Positions 12,671 through 27,200 of a stretch of 64,000 nt of DNA are shown piece after piece. The first letter of the stretch is position 1; each line of letters opens with the position of its first letter. The translations under genes and the position numbers were made by a program. The notes below the pieces were generated by a model. It saw nothing but the letters and a program-made list of their open reading frames with translations, ran no database searches and had not been told where the DNA came from. Origin of the DNA: Oopsacas minuta (taxonomy: Eukaryota > Animalia > Porifera); contig JAKMXF010000088.1 in the NCBI GenBank assembly GCA_024704765.1, positions 248,001-312,000 of the forward strand, given 5' to 3'.

Positions 12671-13062
12671 CAGTTAAACTTGTCAATAACGGACTGGCCA
12701 AAAACCTTTGATGCTTACTCTCACGGCTTACCCAACTTTATATTAATGGAAGTAATATGGAGAAATTAGCCTTTAAGACAAGTGACAGATATTTAAGATA
12801 ATTTAGTGGGAGTAGTTAATGATAGCCTCCCAAGGGAATTGTCAAAGGTATACTATTTGAGAGGCTACAACTATATATAGTGGCCGTAAGATAAAAGGAA
12901 GTGACCGTTATACGTATAGAGTAGTGGCCGTTATAGACAGGTTTAGCGTCAGTAAGGGACCAAAAATGGTGGCCGCTATACATATTGGTAAATCGGAGGG
13001 GACTGCTTTTAGGTAGCTGCTATGACCGTTCTACAGAGGTGGCCGTTAAACAGGTTTAATTG
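12671..13062. mobile_element. TA-flanked Tc1/mariner-type MITE (inverted relative of 49319-49705)
   Basis: TA|cagttaaac ... gtttaattg|TA; the internal caagggaattgtcaaaggtatac is the reverse complement of sequence near 49505-49527. Confidence 0.7.
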
Positions 13063-13451
13063 TAGTTGTTATGGGATCATATCGGGACAAGTCGATTTTG
13101 ACCCGATTAAACGGAATAAAGGTGTTGGAACGAATAACTGAGTAATTTAGCATTGTTTGTATAGTTCTGTTTCTGGCCAATGACAGAATTAACCAGGCTG
13201 ACTGATAATTCTTTCTCTGTTAAGCAGTGTATATTGAAATTTTCTAGTAGTGCAGTTATTGATAATTGACTATGGTACTAGTGAGGGGAAATTGTTTAAT
13301 CAAATAACAAGATAAATATTATCACTCAAAACAGGATAATACAGATAATACAGCTGTACATAAATCTAATACACATATTATAATCTACCAATAATACAAG
13401 CGCTTATGTATTTAAGGAGAATACTTTCACATATGAATTATGATAAATCAC

Positions 13452-16205
13452 TCACATAGAGTGATCGTTAGGAGAAGAAATTTCCAAAGGACTTTTTTCT
13501 ATTCCAAGGTCAATTTTTTTCTCAGGAGAATATGCAATGTTTACGTTTACATCTTGGTGATATGTTTCATTAGCAGGAAGTTCAAAAAGACGGGGGTTAG
13601 TCTGCGAGGTTGCTGTTTTATTCGAAGCATGTCTCTGTACAAGGCAACAGACAATTATTGCAATTATGGAAACCAACAGTAATAAACTTATAATGATGAC
13701 TATCCCTATCACTATGACGTAATAGATTGGAGGACTATTTGTAGGATTAATCACAGGGTTACCTGTAGACTGAGTAATGTTATTTGTTGGTGTTGTGACT
13801 ACAATTGGTTCGAGAAAATGATAAGTAGTTGCTGAAACGGTCTCTGTTGAGAAAGGGATCTCGAATTCTACTCGAATCGTGTAATTTAGGTCCCCTTGTA
13901 AATCATCTATTTCATAATATAGAAATGTTGTAATACCAGCGAGAGTATCGAAACCTGCAATTCCCAAATAGATTGAGAATACTATTCCTGAGTAACTCAA
14001 ATAGGTTTCTGACAAGCCCCAAACTACGAGTATCGAATTTTCGCCTGAATTTTCCGTTCTTAAATTCGTCAAACTTAGGGTAGATTCTAAAGAAATAAAA
14101 CGTTTTAATACTGTATTCGCTCTAATACAGGCGCCGTTTTGGATTTATTTCGTGCTCCAAGGCGCCCTTATTTTTTTTGTAATCAACTACAAAATATGAT
14201 TGGTTCCTGACGGCGCTTAACGGCGCCTAACGATTAGAACTCTCCTAGGTAAATTCATGGTAGAGCAATAGAAGTTAATAAATAATTCAACATACACTTG
14301 GCTATATAGTAGTACAGACAACTACTAGATATTCTAACTACTATTCCAGCTTTTTGTATCTGTAAGCTCAAATTGTGTAAACGCCCAAAAAATAATAATA
14401 GTTCCGTCTGGTGCGACATTTAATAGGGCAGGGAAAATTTTTACTGTGTTAAATCCCCAATCCCCTACAAATTACACTAGTAGGTATAATATAGAAAATG
14501 AATTTTCTTACCAACTGCAGTGATGTATATCTGAATTGCAAGCGTCTCACTTCCTCCCCAATTAGTAACATATAACTTGTACAATCCTTCATCAGACTGT
14601 TGGAAAATATCGAAAATCAAAGAGCTTTGTGTGCCATAAGTACCATTTGGTCTCTGCCATCTTCCTACCAGGTTTGTAGTCAGAACTACAACTTCTGACA
14701 GTACTGTAACATCTGCTCTGTTAATATTAGGAGGCAATAGAGAGAAAGAGTTGATTATTTCGTTGCCCAATTGAATTAGAGGAGAACCTATTGGAGTAAT
14801 AAGTATTTATTGATTGATGGAATAAACACTTTGCTATATCATACGAACTCAAAAATAATATAGTAAATAATATGTATCATGTCATAAAGTAGCCAAGTAA
14901 GTGAAGCATAGATGCAGAAATTGCGGATACAAGGCCAGTCAGGCAATTGCCTGTCCACTCCTTGCCTTGGGCTGTACATATCAATGGGCAGATTTGACCA
15001 CTTTTAACTTGCTTCCCCGGGCCTGGAATATAATAATCTACACATTTGGCTAAGGATAAAACAAACCTTGAACGGAGAGTGCAACACTGATAAAAATATT
15101 TCCAGATTCTATATCATAACAGTATAGGGTGACGAAGTTCGCATCTCCAATATAAGACGTTAGAGAGTTTATGTTGAGTGGATTGGTGAATAATCCAGAT
15201 AGACCTTGTATCCTCCAGTAAATATCAGTAAGAAGTACTGAGTTATCAGTAGGTATATAATTCAGATAGATATCCTCACTATCTACCCCAACAGTGTAAC
15301 TGTAGTTGTATCCATTTACAGCTTCAAAAAATGAATTAGATAAGCTAATCACTCAAATATTAGATCTACGAAATATCAATGTGTAACATAATCTACCTGC
15401 ATACAAATTCTGGCTGAGCATTATAGCTGTATAAGTTCTACTCATCCCTCCACTCTCAGTTACATCACAGCTGTGGTAACCTGGTTGAGTAGTGTATACT
15501 TGTATAGTACTAACTCCTGTATTAGGATCAGTTGTAGAACTGAGATCAGTTCTTATACCAGATAGATCTACATAACTCCACATCACTTCTGGTGTGTTCA
15601 GATTCTCTGTAACACAGTAGAGAGTAGTGTCTGATGTTAGAATTGCATTGTTTGATAAGGCTGAGTATGTTGATGCAATTAATTCCCCAAATACGTTCAC
15701 TAAAACATAGTATGATGAATCAAAAAATATACCAAAAACACTACAAGTGTAAATGAAACCATTTCAAATCAACCTAGTTTCAATATCTCGACGATTGGAT
15801 GAATTTTTCGCCAATAACTTACCATCAGTGCTGCAGAAGTAGCAGGGCAGTAATACTACACATGATAGATCATTCCAACTGTCAAAGCCATCGCTAGTGT
15901 GTACACAGTTTTCCGTGGTTCCACCGTTTGGTTCACCGCTATTATAGTATCTAAAAGTATCACTACTACCATCTACCCAAACAAATGTCCCTTCATTGTC
16001 TATATCATTGAGTCCTATCCAACAATTTATTGCTCCCGTAGCTATGCTCATCCGCAATGTATTCTCTTCTAGTGATGATATTGTAGCTAGATCGAAGCCT
16101 CTGCAATACACTCTTGCCTAGAATCTTCCCAGTCAATTCCAGGGCTAGTGAAATATCCGAAACATGTACTTTCACTTGATATACCATCACAGCCGCTTGG
16201 AGGCA
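13452..16205 (-). CDS. Spliced receptor: C-type lectin domain, three Ig-like domains, short exon, FN3, TM, tail; one frameshift; first exon not identified
   Basis: GT-AG exons 16205-15823 (CTL: CFGYF..W..C, CWIGLND, WVDGS, EPN, ENCV, WNDLSC), 15699-15397 (Ig C..W..GYxSC), 15321-15067, 14787-14512 (DEGLY), 14464-about 14342 (donor uncertain), 14086-13452 (FN3, TM IYYVIVIGIVIIISLLLLVSIIAIIVCCLV). All introns are phase 1. A 1-nt deletion lies at about 16101-16104. Confidence 0.72.
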
Positions 16206-19137
16206 CTACAAACATTGAATATATGTCAATGGAAATTATGTACTAGAGTATATGCCAAATTTGATATCTTAATCTCTAAAGGTGTCATCAGGAGAGCGAA
16301 TACATACAAAAAATCTCACATCACCGTCTGTGTCAACTTAAATTTCACCAAATTCATTTCATTGGATTATTGAAACTATATTATTCTACTAAATATCCCT
16401 TTTAGCAACGAAAATTTCAAATTCTATATACTTAATCATGATGTATAGTTGAGAATCAGAATCGAATTTTTATACCCAAAATTTCGCCTAATTAGCAGGA
16501 AGCTAGTCTCTAGGAGAATTTTGAAATATTGATAAAAAGTTGTGAAAATATGATTAATCATATGCTTAATAAGTGTATGTACACTAAAGTGAATGTATTT
16601 CTCAATAGAGTTTCAGCACGATCAATACAAATATATTACAGCGCTAATTTTATTACATGCAGTCCACCAGAACCAATTGTATGCATTTATGCATAATCGT
16701 CAAGACCCTATAATCTGATTTCGCTAAAATGAAAGAGCGTGAAAAGGTGTGAAAATATACACATAAGAAAAATTTCGAATGTCAGGTGCTCATATCGAGG
16801 TCACTACGACTACACATGCCAAATCTTGACCTGTAGAGGTGTGAACAAGATAGCGAACCTTTTAGTAATAACTAGAAATATATCAATCATTTGGCCAATG
16901 AAAATGAAAATTAGGAGAAAGAATCAATTGCAAGGAGGCAGATTCCGATTGTATACGTGTAAAATTATTGAAATTATTATCGCAACTTTTGAGTAAAAAT
17001 ATGATCGCGATCTTCACTCGATTATTGTTACAAGAAGATCTTCAATCATCATCCGATCGTCAAAAATATTTCCCAATCGCGATCAAGCGATCAATGATCG
17101 CACAATATTAATGTCCTATTTATCGGTTTAGTATCTCCGATACGATACGATATATCGGAAAATTATACAAAAACTATCGGTTCGCTATTTCTAAAATAGA
17201 AAACATATCGAAATATCTGAATTATTTGTAAAATACCAGAAAAATATAGAAAGAATCGGAATTAAATTTTGAAATTTTCGATATTTTTTGGAAATCCAGA
17301 TATCGATATTTGTATATTTTTCATAACCTAATTATCAGGACCAAACCTTGCTACAAGTTCAAATTAAGCTTAGATCTATCGATTCATATTGCTTTAACAC
17401 CTTTTGGTGAAATGGTCCATATTTCGTGCCGTGCGGTTTGCGAACACTTTGTGTTCAAAAGTGTGAAAATCAGATTCATTCGATATATTTAGTCAAGTTT
17501 TATTGAATTATAATTACATATGTTCACTTCTTAGTTAAACACGATTGCGTATAACTACTAGTATAGTCGCCTAGTGCAACTTTGAATTTTAATGTTTAGT
17601 ATACATATACGTACAGTTAACTACATAGTTTACGACATCGAGCAGACCTCACAGAAGCGGTACAAACCTATCCATTGGTTGATTTTCTACGTTAATAACA
17701 TTGTATATGAAACCTCCGATAACCGAGAAATATATAAATACAGTGGAACCTTGCAATACGAATTTTCGGATGTGACGAACATATATATAGACATAACCAG
17801 ATACCTATAGTGTTGGTATTACTCGGTTTACTACGACTTCCTGACAATGCGAACAAATTTTGACGTCTGATCTAGGTTCCACAGTAATAATCACTAGTTC
17901 CTAAGTGTCGTTAATTCGAAAGTGTGAAAATCGGAATCAGCATACTCGATTACCCCAATGTATCTGTTTACTATTTTCTATATCGTCAACAGAATGATAT
18001 GTTATTCCATATATTATATACGCAGATCATCTTCCACTATTATTATAATACAAAGTAAACAAACAAACAAACAATAATTGAGTTTAATAATATAGATTTA
18101 ACATTTGCCTCCAATTACTAGTGTCACTTTAAGACGTAGAAAACAACAATATGATGAAACATACGCGATAGTCTCTCGACATATTTTTCCTCTCAGAGCA
18201 ACGTGTCAACAGAAATGCACTCCCTTACTAACCCGCTTTATATCAGCCCCTATGGAGACTCATCGTTATTTGATAAACCTCCTTCGTTAAACTATGAGTC
18301 ACAAGAGCTAACCATGGAGTTGTTTACCCAGGATTTCGAAAGTTTAGGCGGTCAATTGTCAGTTGTGGATTTGTTTGAGGACCATGGGAACAGTCTATTT
18401 GGGTCTGTAGGGGGCCTCATCTGATGAGGTGTTAATGGTTCTGGTGGATTATGAGTGTGAAGATAGTTCTGGCATATCTGTTAGATAATTAAATTATTTG
18501 TTTGTTTTCATATTTTAGTTTGTATTTGTTTTATTAATAAATCCTTTATTGTGTTCATCTTTTAGGGAATAAACAATATTCCTATATTCCTAATTTGGGG
18601 AATTGGAACTACAACTGTGGAATGGGAACTGTCAGTGGCGGCGGTGCTAACACGATCTCATGAATTTATTAAGTTGTCAAAACTAGCTCCTATGGACACG
18701 CCAGAACTGACTATGCTACTTGTGCCTATATTGACCTCCATTCGTGTATGGAAACATTGCATCCGTCTGTCAGAACAAAAGGGAAAACTTTCTCAGATAA
18801 AGTCTACTTGCTTGAATAATACAAACACACATTTAACAAAAAAGACAAAATATGACGAAATATTTATAAAATTGGTTAAATTCAAAGTTAACTAATTCGC
18901 TTGATAATAATATAATTGCTTATTAATAAGCTGATTATACCTGATACCTGATATAACAAATAAAATATTACATCATATTAATATTCATAATCTCAAAGTG
19001 TAATATAATCTCAACAGATAAATAGATAGTTACCTAAAATTATGTGTCTTAAGAAAGCTATATTTTTGTTTTATTTCTGTTTTTATTTCTGTTCATCTTT
19101 TCAAAATTATCACGGAATAATATCCTAAAATACACGA

Positions 19138-19165
19138 ATGGCGCAGAAGAGTACTCCTACACAAG
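19138..19165 (+). CDS. Probable first coding exon (MAQKSTPTQ/G) of the giant ankyrin-TRP gene
   Basis: ATG + 9 codons + G, then GTTTGT (the same donor is used at 15066). Phase 1 matches the acceptor ctaatctacAG at 21277 and gives G/GA in frame with the long ORF. Confidence 0.5.
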
Positions 19166-19287
19166 GTTTGTTAATTATGATTATCATTTTCTACAATATC
19201 TTCGCAATTTAGTATACATGCAATCTCTATTAGCGGGCAATTTTGGTCCAGCTTCATTCATTTCCATAGAAACGAACCTCTGTAAGC

Positions 19288-19346
19288 GGGGAATGGGGAA
19301 TGGGGAATGGGGAATGGGGAATGGGGAATGGGGAATGGGGAATGGG
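19288..19346 (+). repeat. (GGGGAAT)8 tandem repeat
   Basis: Eight perfect 7-bp units plus GGG. Confidence 0.95.
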
Positions 19347-21277
19347 TGATACTTTAGAGAAAATTATGCCTCAAACTATTAAATTTTACCTCTATAAGTG
19401 GGGAATTCTACGATAAAATTTTGAATATTCAATTTTTGAACAATTTGGAGAATTCCATGTGTTTATCGCTATGATGAATTGATATCTTTGAGCTCTCAAG
19501 AAAATTTCTTACAATTTTGTATATTCAACCAACAACCTTAGGGCATATTATAATAATCGATTATCTGTGAAAAGAGAGTCGTTGGAGCAAGTGGCTGATA
19601 GATATTTTGATTCAAATATCTCTCATTCAAGGACAAATACTTTTGAAATTATCATTAGGGAATGGGGAGGTTATTAAGAGATTCGCCGGCCCGATGTCCC
19701 CCACTTATAGAGGTTCTACTATACTACTAAGGGTGGAAACTGCATATGTGCCTATTGAAACAAGGGGGTAGAAAATGGGGCAACGGATCCTGGCGCTCCC
19801 AACATCTTTCAGATATCTTTGAAGTTTTGTGTATTAATATAGTGTTTTGTATGTTTGTATGGTAGCTATAAATATACAAACGATCATAAAATCAGCTGAC
19901 CCAGAGCTCGTCTAGTATAATTTTAGCATTTATTAATATTGCATAATAAACAGTCGTCAATCTGACATACACTGATCCAGACCGACCTAATTTGCGGTAT
20001 GTTATATAAAAGAAATCATATGTCCCATCAGGCTCCGCATAAATATCATCTTCCTACCCTCCCCCTGTAGATAATCGAATTTTGCAGGAAATTCCTTGCA
20101 ACGTGTATTTGCAATAATTAGTAGTAAGCCCCTGGCGTTTTGCTTGTGATTAGAATAAGCACGAATTAGGAAATTCTATATATTTGTTTGCTATTCAGGA
20201 TATTCATCCCATAGAATAATAAATCAACAATTATAATCTTTTAAGATAGTATCAGTCGAATGTAATCATATACAGGGTTACAAGCTATAGAAGTATAACG
20301 ATATATCGATTAATACATATGCACACTATCATTAAGCAAAATTTACTGTTCCTAATTCCTATGATATTACTAAACAGGAGCGTAGGAAGCCCATAAATGA
20401 TGGAACTTCCCTTGTTGGCATAGCAATGAAGGGTTAACACACACATATGTTGTCTAATTATATAGTGCTGTAGCCAAATCAGGAGGGCTTACGGTCCTGT
20501 CACCCCCTCGGGTTTGGAGCCAATTCAATCAATTCAAGTTGATAATGATTCGGGTGAGAGGTTACAATCCGCTTACAAAGAACCATAGACTCTATGCAAA
20601 GAACAAAATGATATATTATAATGTATTCGAAGTACGTACGTACATCTAAGTAGTTTAATACGTCTTTCAATGAAGACGTAATTTATAATACTTTCAATCT
20701 GCAATTTTTGGTGACGTAACATCGATTAGGCTGATTTCTGCAATAAATATTTTGGTTCAAAACAGTACTCGAATTGTTAATGAGAAATCTCAGCATAGTT
20801 GACCAAATAATATAAACACTTACTTGATAATAATGTGACTTATACAAATCTATCAAAGTCAAAATCTGATATTTCGATGTTAACCTAGACGTATAATACG
20901 TTATAATAGATCTCGTATAAAGTATAATAACTTATACGCGAATTATATAACTTAAGTCTATATATACCAAACATAGTGGTTTTGAGACAATGATATGGTT
21001 GCATAATGGCCAGACACAGTGCCCTAAATGAGAAGTGTTGAGTTAACAATAATTATGTAAGTGTAAATGCATTGTCTTACAAAAGTACAAAATATGTAAA
21101 TTTAGAATAAGGAATTACTCAGCTGAGTGGCTCGAATAATCACTTCCTCAGAGAGTGTTGTTGTTAAAATAGTTTAGCGCAAAATGTTTCGGAGCTCAGG
21201 CGACCCTCAGGCCCTATGACTACCCCACTGACTGTAATAAGGAATAATACACACTGACTAATCTCCCTAATCTACAG

Positions 21278-24200
21278 GAGGACTACGTGAACAGATATTG
21301 AAAGAAGGAAAACTTTGCATATCAAAGAATGATAAACTATACATTGGAATACCGAGTACCACTTTCAATAAACCTGAACATGTAGTTGAATATAACAATA
21401 TTAAAGGAAGAATTCTCGAATCATTCGTTTCTTTTACCAAACCACTTAAAATGCCAGATGAAGGGATTTTTGTTGACATACTAAAACCATTTTCGAATCC
21501 TTCAGCAATGAATACTTCTGTTGATTACTTCGATTGCATCAAAGACTTCATTAGCATAGAGATACTCTTCATGTTTGTTCTAAAGCATAAATTTTGGGAA
21601 GATTATTCTGAATTTATGAATTTGTGTTATCAAAACCGCCACAAAATACAATGGGGCACTGAAGATAAAGAGGGCAATACTATGCTACATTATGTAAGTA
21701 TTATGAGTCAATATCCTGAACATGCATGTGATATTATTCAATACATCAAGAGTATTACTGGATATAATTACCTGATCAATAAAACCAACAAAGATGGAAT
21801 TATACCTCTAGCATCATCATTGCATGACAAATTTATTTGCGATAATGCAAAGAAAGTTCATCATGTAGGAATTATCAATGAGTTGGTTCAAGCTGGAGCA
21901 AATCTTCTATTGAAGACACAGAATTCAAACGATTATGTTTGGAAAGGAGGGGATGACAGTATATTCTGTGTTTTGAATGTAGATCCTTCAATATTAGTAG
22001 CGACAAAATCTTTTGCAACTAATGAAGGCAAAAAATCCAGGATATGTTGTAACCTCAAAGAACCACCTGAGTGTGGAATACATTGTGTAACAACACTCAA
22101 TACCATTGATCTCTTTCCAAATTACCTAGGACAAGTCATAAACTTTCCTTGTACTCAAATTGCAAAAACACTATTTACTAAAAGACATTGCAAATTTGAT
22201 ACCAAAATGCCAGATGGTACAATGGTGCTTCATCATATTATACAGTTCGGGAGTGAAGAATTGGTAAATTATATGTTTGAGCAAAAACTTAATTTGTTGC
22301 CCTTGGTCAAAAATACCAATACTATCTTACACCTCGCTATTCTCACCAAGAACGAGAAAAGAGCAATCCTTATACTTAAACTATTATCAAACCCAATCCT
22401 CATTCAGATGTTAGACTATCAAAACAAATACAATCAAACCCCTCTGGATTTGATTTTGGTAGCAAACTTGCCTAATCTGATAGATGTACTTAATACACGT
22501 ATTCCTTCTTTCATTAGTAGAACTGATGGAAACCGTAATTTTTTGTTACACAGAGCTGTCATAGGGAAGTGTACAGATGTGTTAAAGTATTTAGCAGAAC
22601 AGAAAGAGATTGGAGATATTGTGAATGAAAAGAATTCAAATGGAGATACAGCCATAATGCTTTGTATACAAAACAAATTTGTTGATGGATTTCCTATTAT
22701 TCTAAATATAACACAATGCATTGCGGATGAAACCGACTATAGAGGTTATACTCTTCTACATTTAGCCATTATTCATTTCGAGGAGACAATATTCTCACTA
22801 CTATTACAAGATCTTGTAAATACTAACCGGTCTGATGTCATCAATAGAGTAATTAGACCAACACAATCAACTTCTGATAAGTTCGCAGCATTACTATTAA
22901 CTCCACTTTTAATTTGCATGTATCACGAGCATTTCTCAGCAGCTAGACTACTCATACAGCAAGGAGCTACAATTGATACGCCAGATTGTGAAGGTAATTC
23001 ATTCAATCAATACCTCATTAAACATTGTCGCAATCCAGCCGAATTGGAAGAATTCTTCAAAGTTAAACTCAGAAAGTGTAATTTTAAATACAAATCTCCA
23101 TCTAATATTCCCGATATACAAGATGACATTAGTTTACTATCTTTGTCTATTCAATGTAATAATGAAGGAGCATTCGTCTTATTACTATCAAATTGTAGCA
23201 TAACGATGATTGCATATCAAGATCGGTCTCCGAACAATGTTTTGCATATACTTCTTTCTGATAAGAAATACAGCCATTTTCTGAACCCACTGCTAGACAG
23301 GTTAGCTCAACTGAAGACCGATAAAATACGAAGTTCAGAAGTATATCAAGTGGTCAATAAAAGTAATTGTGAAAATCGAACACCATTGATTCTTTCGATC
23401 CATTTACAAGATTCTGTAATTGTCAATAAACTTTTGGAACTAGGTTGTGACGCACACAAAAATATTGAGACATTACATTTCGCAGCCAAATATGGTGACA
23501 TAAAAATGATAACATATATTCTGGATAGAATTCAAAACTCCGAAATACTGAATACAATGTTCTCACATCACAACCAAGAAGATGAAACCCCCCTACATAT
23601 CGCTATTCATAGAGAAGATTTAAGTATGGTAGAAATTTTATATCATTACGTAGATTTGACAAAACAAGATAAGAAAGGTATTACTCTTTTAAATTATGCG
23701 ATAGAACATGGAGAGAAAATATTTCAAGTTATATTTGAGAAGTTTAAAACTTGTAATGTAAAACTTCTCAATGTTTCTATAGCAAATGAACTGCCAGAAC
23801 ATTGTGTTATCCATTCTATTTCTTACAGAAACTTGCTAGCACTCAAAACTCTCATCAATTACAGTAAAGATGCGATAAATATTTCTTCTGTACATCTACC
23901 AATACTACATTATGCTATTTGTAAGCAGTTTGATGAAGGAGTCAAATTCTTACTTTCACTGGGTCTACCCTTGGCAATCAAGAAAACAGAACGAAATTTT
24001 ACTCTTCACAAAGATCGTCTTCAGAAACAAAACATAAGTTTAGAGTTCACTGAATCTAAAGTATGCTATAGATTGTCGAATGGCTATGTAATGACAGATA
24101 TTCCTGGCTTTACAAAAACTGAGTATTGTGGGATGATCAATTTACCTAATGTAGTTAACAAGAATGCTCTTTTAGAAAATCTTGTTTTATGTGGATCAAT

Positions 24201-27200
24201 AGAACCAATTGAAAGCTATCTTTGTACTAATACACCTCCACTATCCGTAAATGACAAAGCTCAATTATCTCTTATTTCGTCACAATTTGCAACACAAGAG
24301 ATCATGTTATATCTACTCGATGAGAATTGTCCTAGTTTTAGTTTTGATTGGAGCGCAAAGAATTCTTCAGGAAACACTGTAGTGCATGTTGGCGTATTTA
24401 ACACATGTATTGGCACATTTCTATCTATGTTAGAAGGTCTACGCGTATATCAATCTAAACAATGGAGTTACTTATCAAGTGATATACGTAATATTCGAAA
24501 TATGAAGGATAAGACTGCATTGGAGTTAGCTATCTTTGCAAACAATTCAGAAGCATTCGATGCTCTGATTAAACATGGAGCTTCTTTAGTTACAAAGGAT
24601 GGATACCAGAATAACATTCTACACAACTTTTGTACCTGTAAAAATGCAGAGATCTCCTATTTCGACAGAATACTAGTTGAAATAACTAAGCTTAAGAAGG
24701 ATCTCATTAATGAATATAACAACATTGGTTACACACCTTTACATACAGCTGTGAGCACTTGTAATATACAAGCATATAGAAAGTCTATAGCATTACCGTC
24801 GTGTAGATACGATGCAGTCACTAAATATGAGAGTAATAATATCGTACATCTTGCTATCATAAATGGGAGTCCTGGATTGTTGAAACAAATAATTGAAGAT
24901 CTCAAAAATCGTGAAAATATGAAAGATGTAGAAAACAAATTGATAAACAAAACTAACAAGAAATCACTTTCCCCTCAGTTCCTTGCAGTGGAATGTGGGA
25001 ATATTGACCTTATTCTTGAAATGCCTGAATTCTCAGGGGTAGACGCAGCCGGAGCTAGTCTCCTCCATTCTGCTGTTAAATACTCAAACAAATCAAACGA
25101 ACATTTAAAGATGATCAATGTGATACTTTCTAAACGAAAGGAAATGTTGAATACAAAAGATAACTCAAATGAAACACCACTTCATTATGCAGTTAAACTG
25201 AAAATGGAAAAAGCCTTGCATTTATTGCTTGCATGCAATTCCATTGATCTTAGTTGTCAAAATGATGCAGACATGACAGCACTACACCTTGCTATTCAAA
25301 GTACCACAAATATTCTTAGAGCAATCCTCACTAAAATCGATACACCTCAATCAGCTCATTTAATCAATACTCAAGATTATACCCTCAAAACAGCACTCCA
25401 TCATTGTATTGAACAAACTAAGAATAGTGAAGATGAGTTGAGTCTGTTATTATCAAAAAATCCAGATTTATCTGTAGTTGATAAATACTCAAATAATGTA
25501 CTTCATTATGCTGCAATGAAGAAGTCAAGAATCAAATATCTTCAAACATTATTACGTCACATTAATGAAAATCGTCCTGATCTCCTTCAAGTGTTGTTAT
25601 CAAAGCTGAACCAACAAATCAATACACCTCTATACTGTGCTATTCAGAACAGCAATGTTAATGGTGTTGATGAACTTCTAAAAGTTAACGCCTCCCTCCC
25701 TGTAGTGGACAAAGAGGGAACAATTACACTTTGTAACAGAAAACCATTTCCTCATATTGATGTGCCGATACGTATTTATGAAGTGAGAATCACAAATAAA
25801 CCAGAACTCTGTATATGTGTAGGTTTTAAGTTATCAGTGCAACAATGGATTCTATCAGATTTACCAAATCTGAGTATCACGTATCTCACACACAAAAATC
25901 CCTCATATTCATCTCATGAAGTTGTAGAAATTCAAACGATTACTGAGACTGTCTTAACATCTTATCTACTTCCTTGTCAGTGTTGTGAACCTTTAGAAAT
26001 CTTTATAAATGAAGTAAAGAATCAAATTTTTAACAAAAATGCTAAATTAATGCATTTAGCTGCAGCACATGGTTCAATACAGATTGTAAAGTTTCTAATG
26101 GAGTATTTTGGAGCAAACATTCCATTCCTTGATGAAGATCAGGCTGGATATTCTATAATACATTATTCTATTGAGAATAAAGACTCGGAGATATTACGAT
26201 TACTATGTGATAGAATGAAGAATAACTTTCCAGAAGAATTCACTAAATTGTCAAGCAAATTGCTACATTTTTGTATCACTAAGGGTTCACGTATTGAATC
26301 ATTTACCATTCTGCTCGAAGAACAGTATGAAGCTAACCTTAGTTACACTGATGAGCATGACGATACTCTCCTTCACTTGATTGTTTTACACCAACAACAA
26401 GATTCTTACACAAAAGAGCTACTGAATTGTTCTTGGCTGTCTACTCGTTACTGTAATTTGCTAAATAAGAACAGAAATACTGCACTACATTTAGCAATTA
26501 AGAAGAATCAGCTGAATAATATCACAGAGATACTCAAATGTAACCCAGATATTTCCATTCAGGATTCAGATGGGAATATGCCTCTACATTTAGCAGTGCA
26601 ATACTCAACCAATGTGATTATAAGAAAAATAATTGTATTTATAGATGTATTACCTAACAAACTGCAACTCTTTAACGCACCAAATGTCACAGATTCTAAA
26701 AGCATGCCTATACATCTGGCTACATCACAAGGATTATGGGAAGTTGTGGAATTGTTACTTAAGCACGGAGCTGAGTTATATTCGATTGATTCTTCAGGGA
26801 AAACTATATTACATTTAGCTGTACAACTAGATGGTCCAAATCGTTTGGACATGATTACAAAAATCCTCAATTACGAGCAAAATACAGGTAATGATACTCA
26901 ATTCATTTTTGTAAGGGACAAAGAAGGAAGAACTCCATTACATCTTGCCATTGAAAATGGAATTATTGATTTCGTCAGAGAACTTCTGAAACATCCAATT
27001 GATCTCCAAATAGTTGATGATAAAGGAGAAACAGTGCTACATTATGCTATTCGGAAGTGCACGAACGAGCTATTTGATATAATTTTCGATTCAATCTTGC
27101 CGCTCGCTACACAACCTTGTCAAGAAAGAAATAATCATCCTCTCTGTAGCCAAAATATACACGGTCTAACTCCATTACACTTAAGCATCGAACTACAGTA

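Noticed and set aside
18105-18895. GC-richer island with short ORFs (one has NPLY)
   Set aside because: Plausible splice sites on both strands, but no consistent frame or family.
19288-19346. Interstitial telomere
   Set aside because: The unit GGGGAAT is not the animal TTAGGG repeat.
21298-21300. TTG start codon for the 3,494-aa ORF
   Set aside because: Eukaryotic context; an upstream splice acceptor and a phase-compatible ATG exon explain the N-terminus better.
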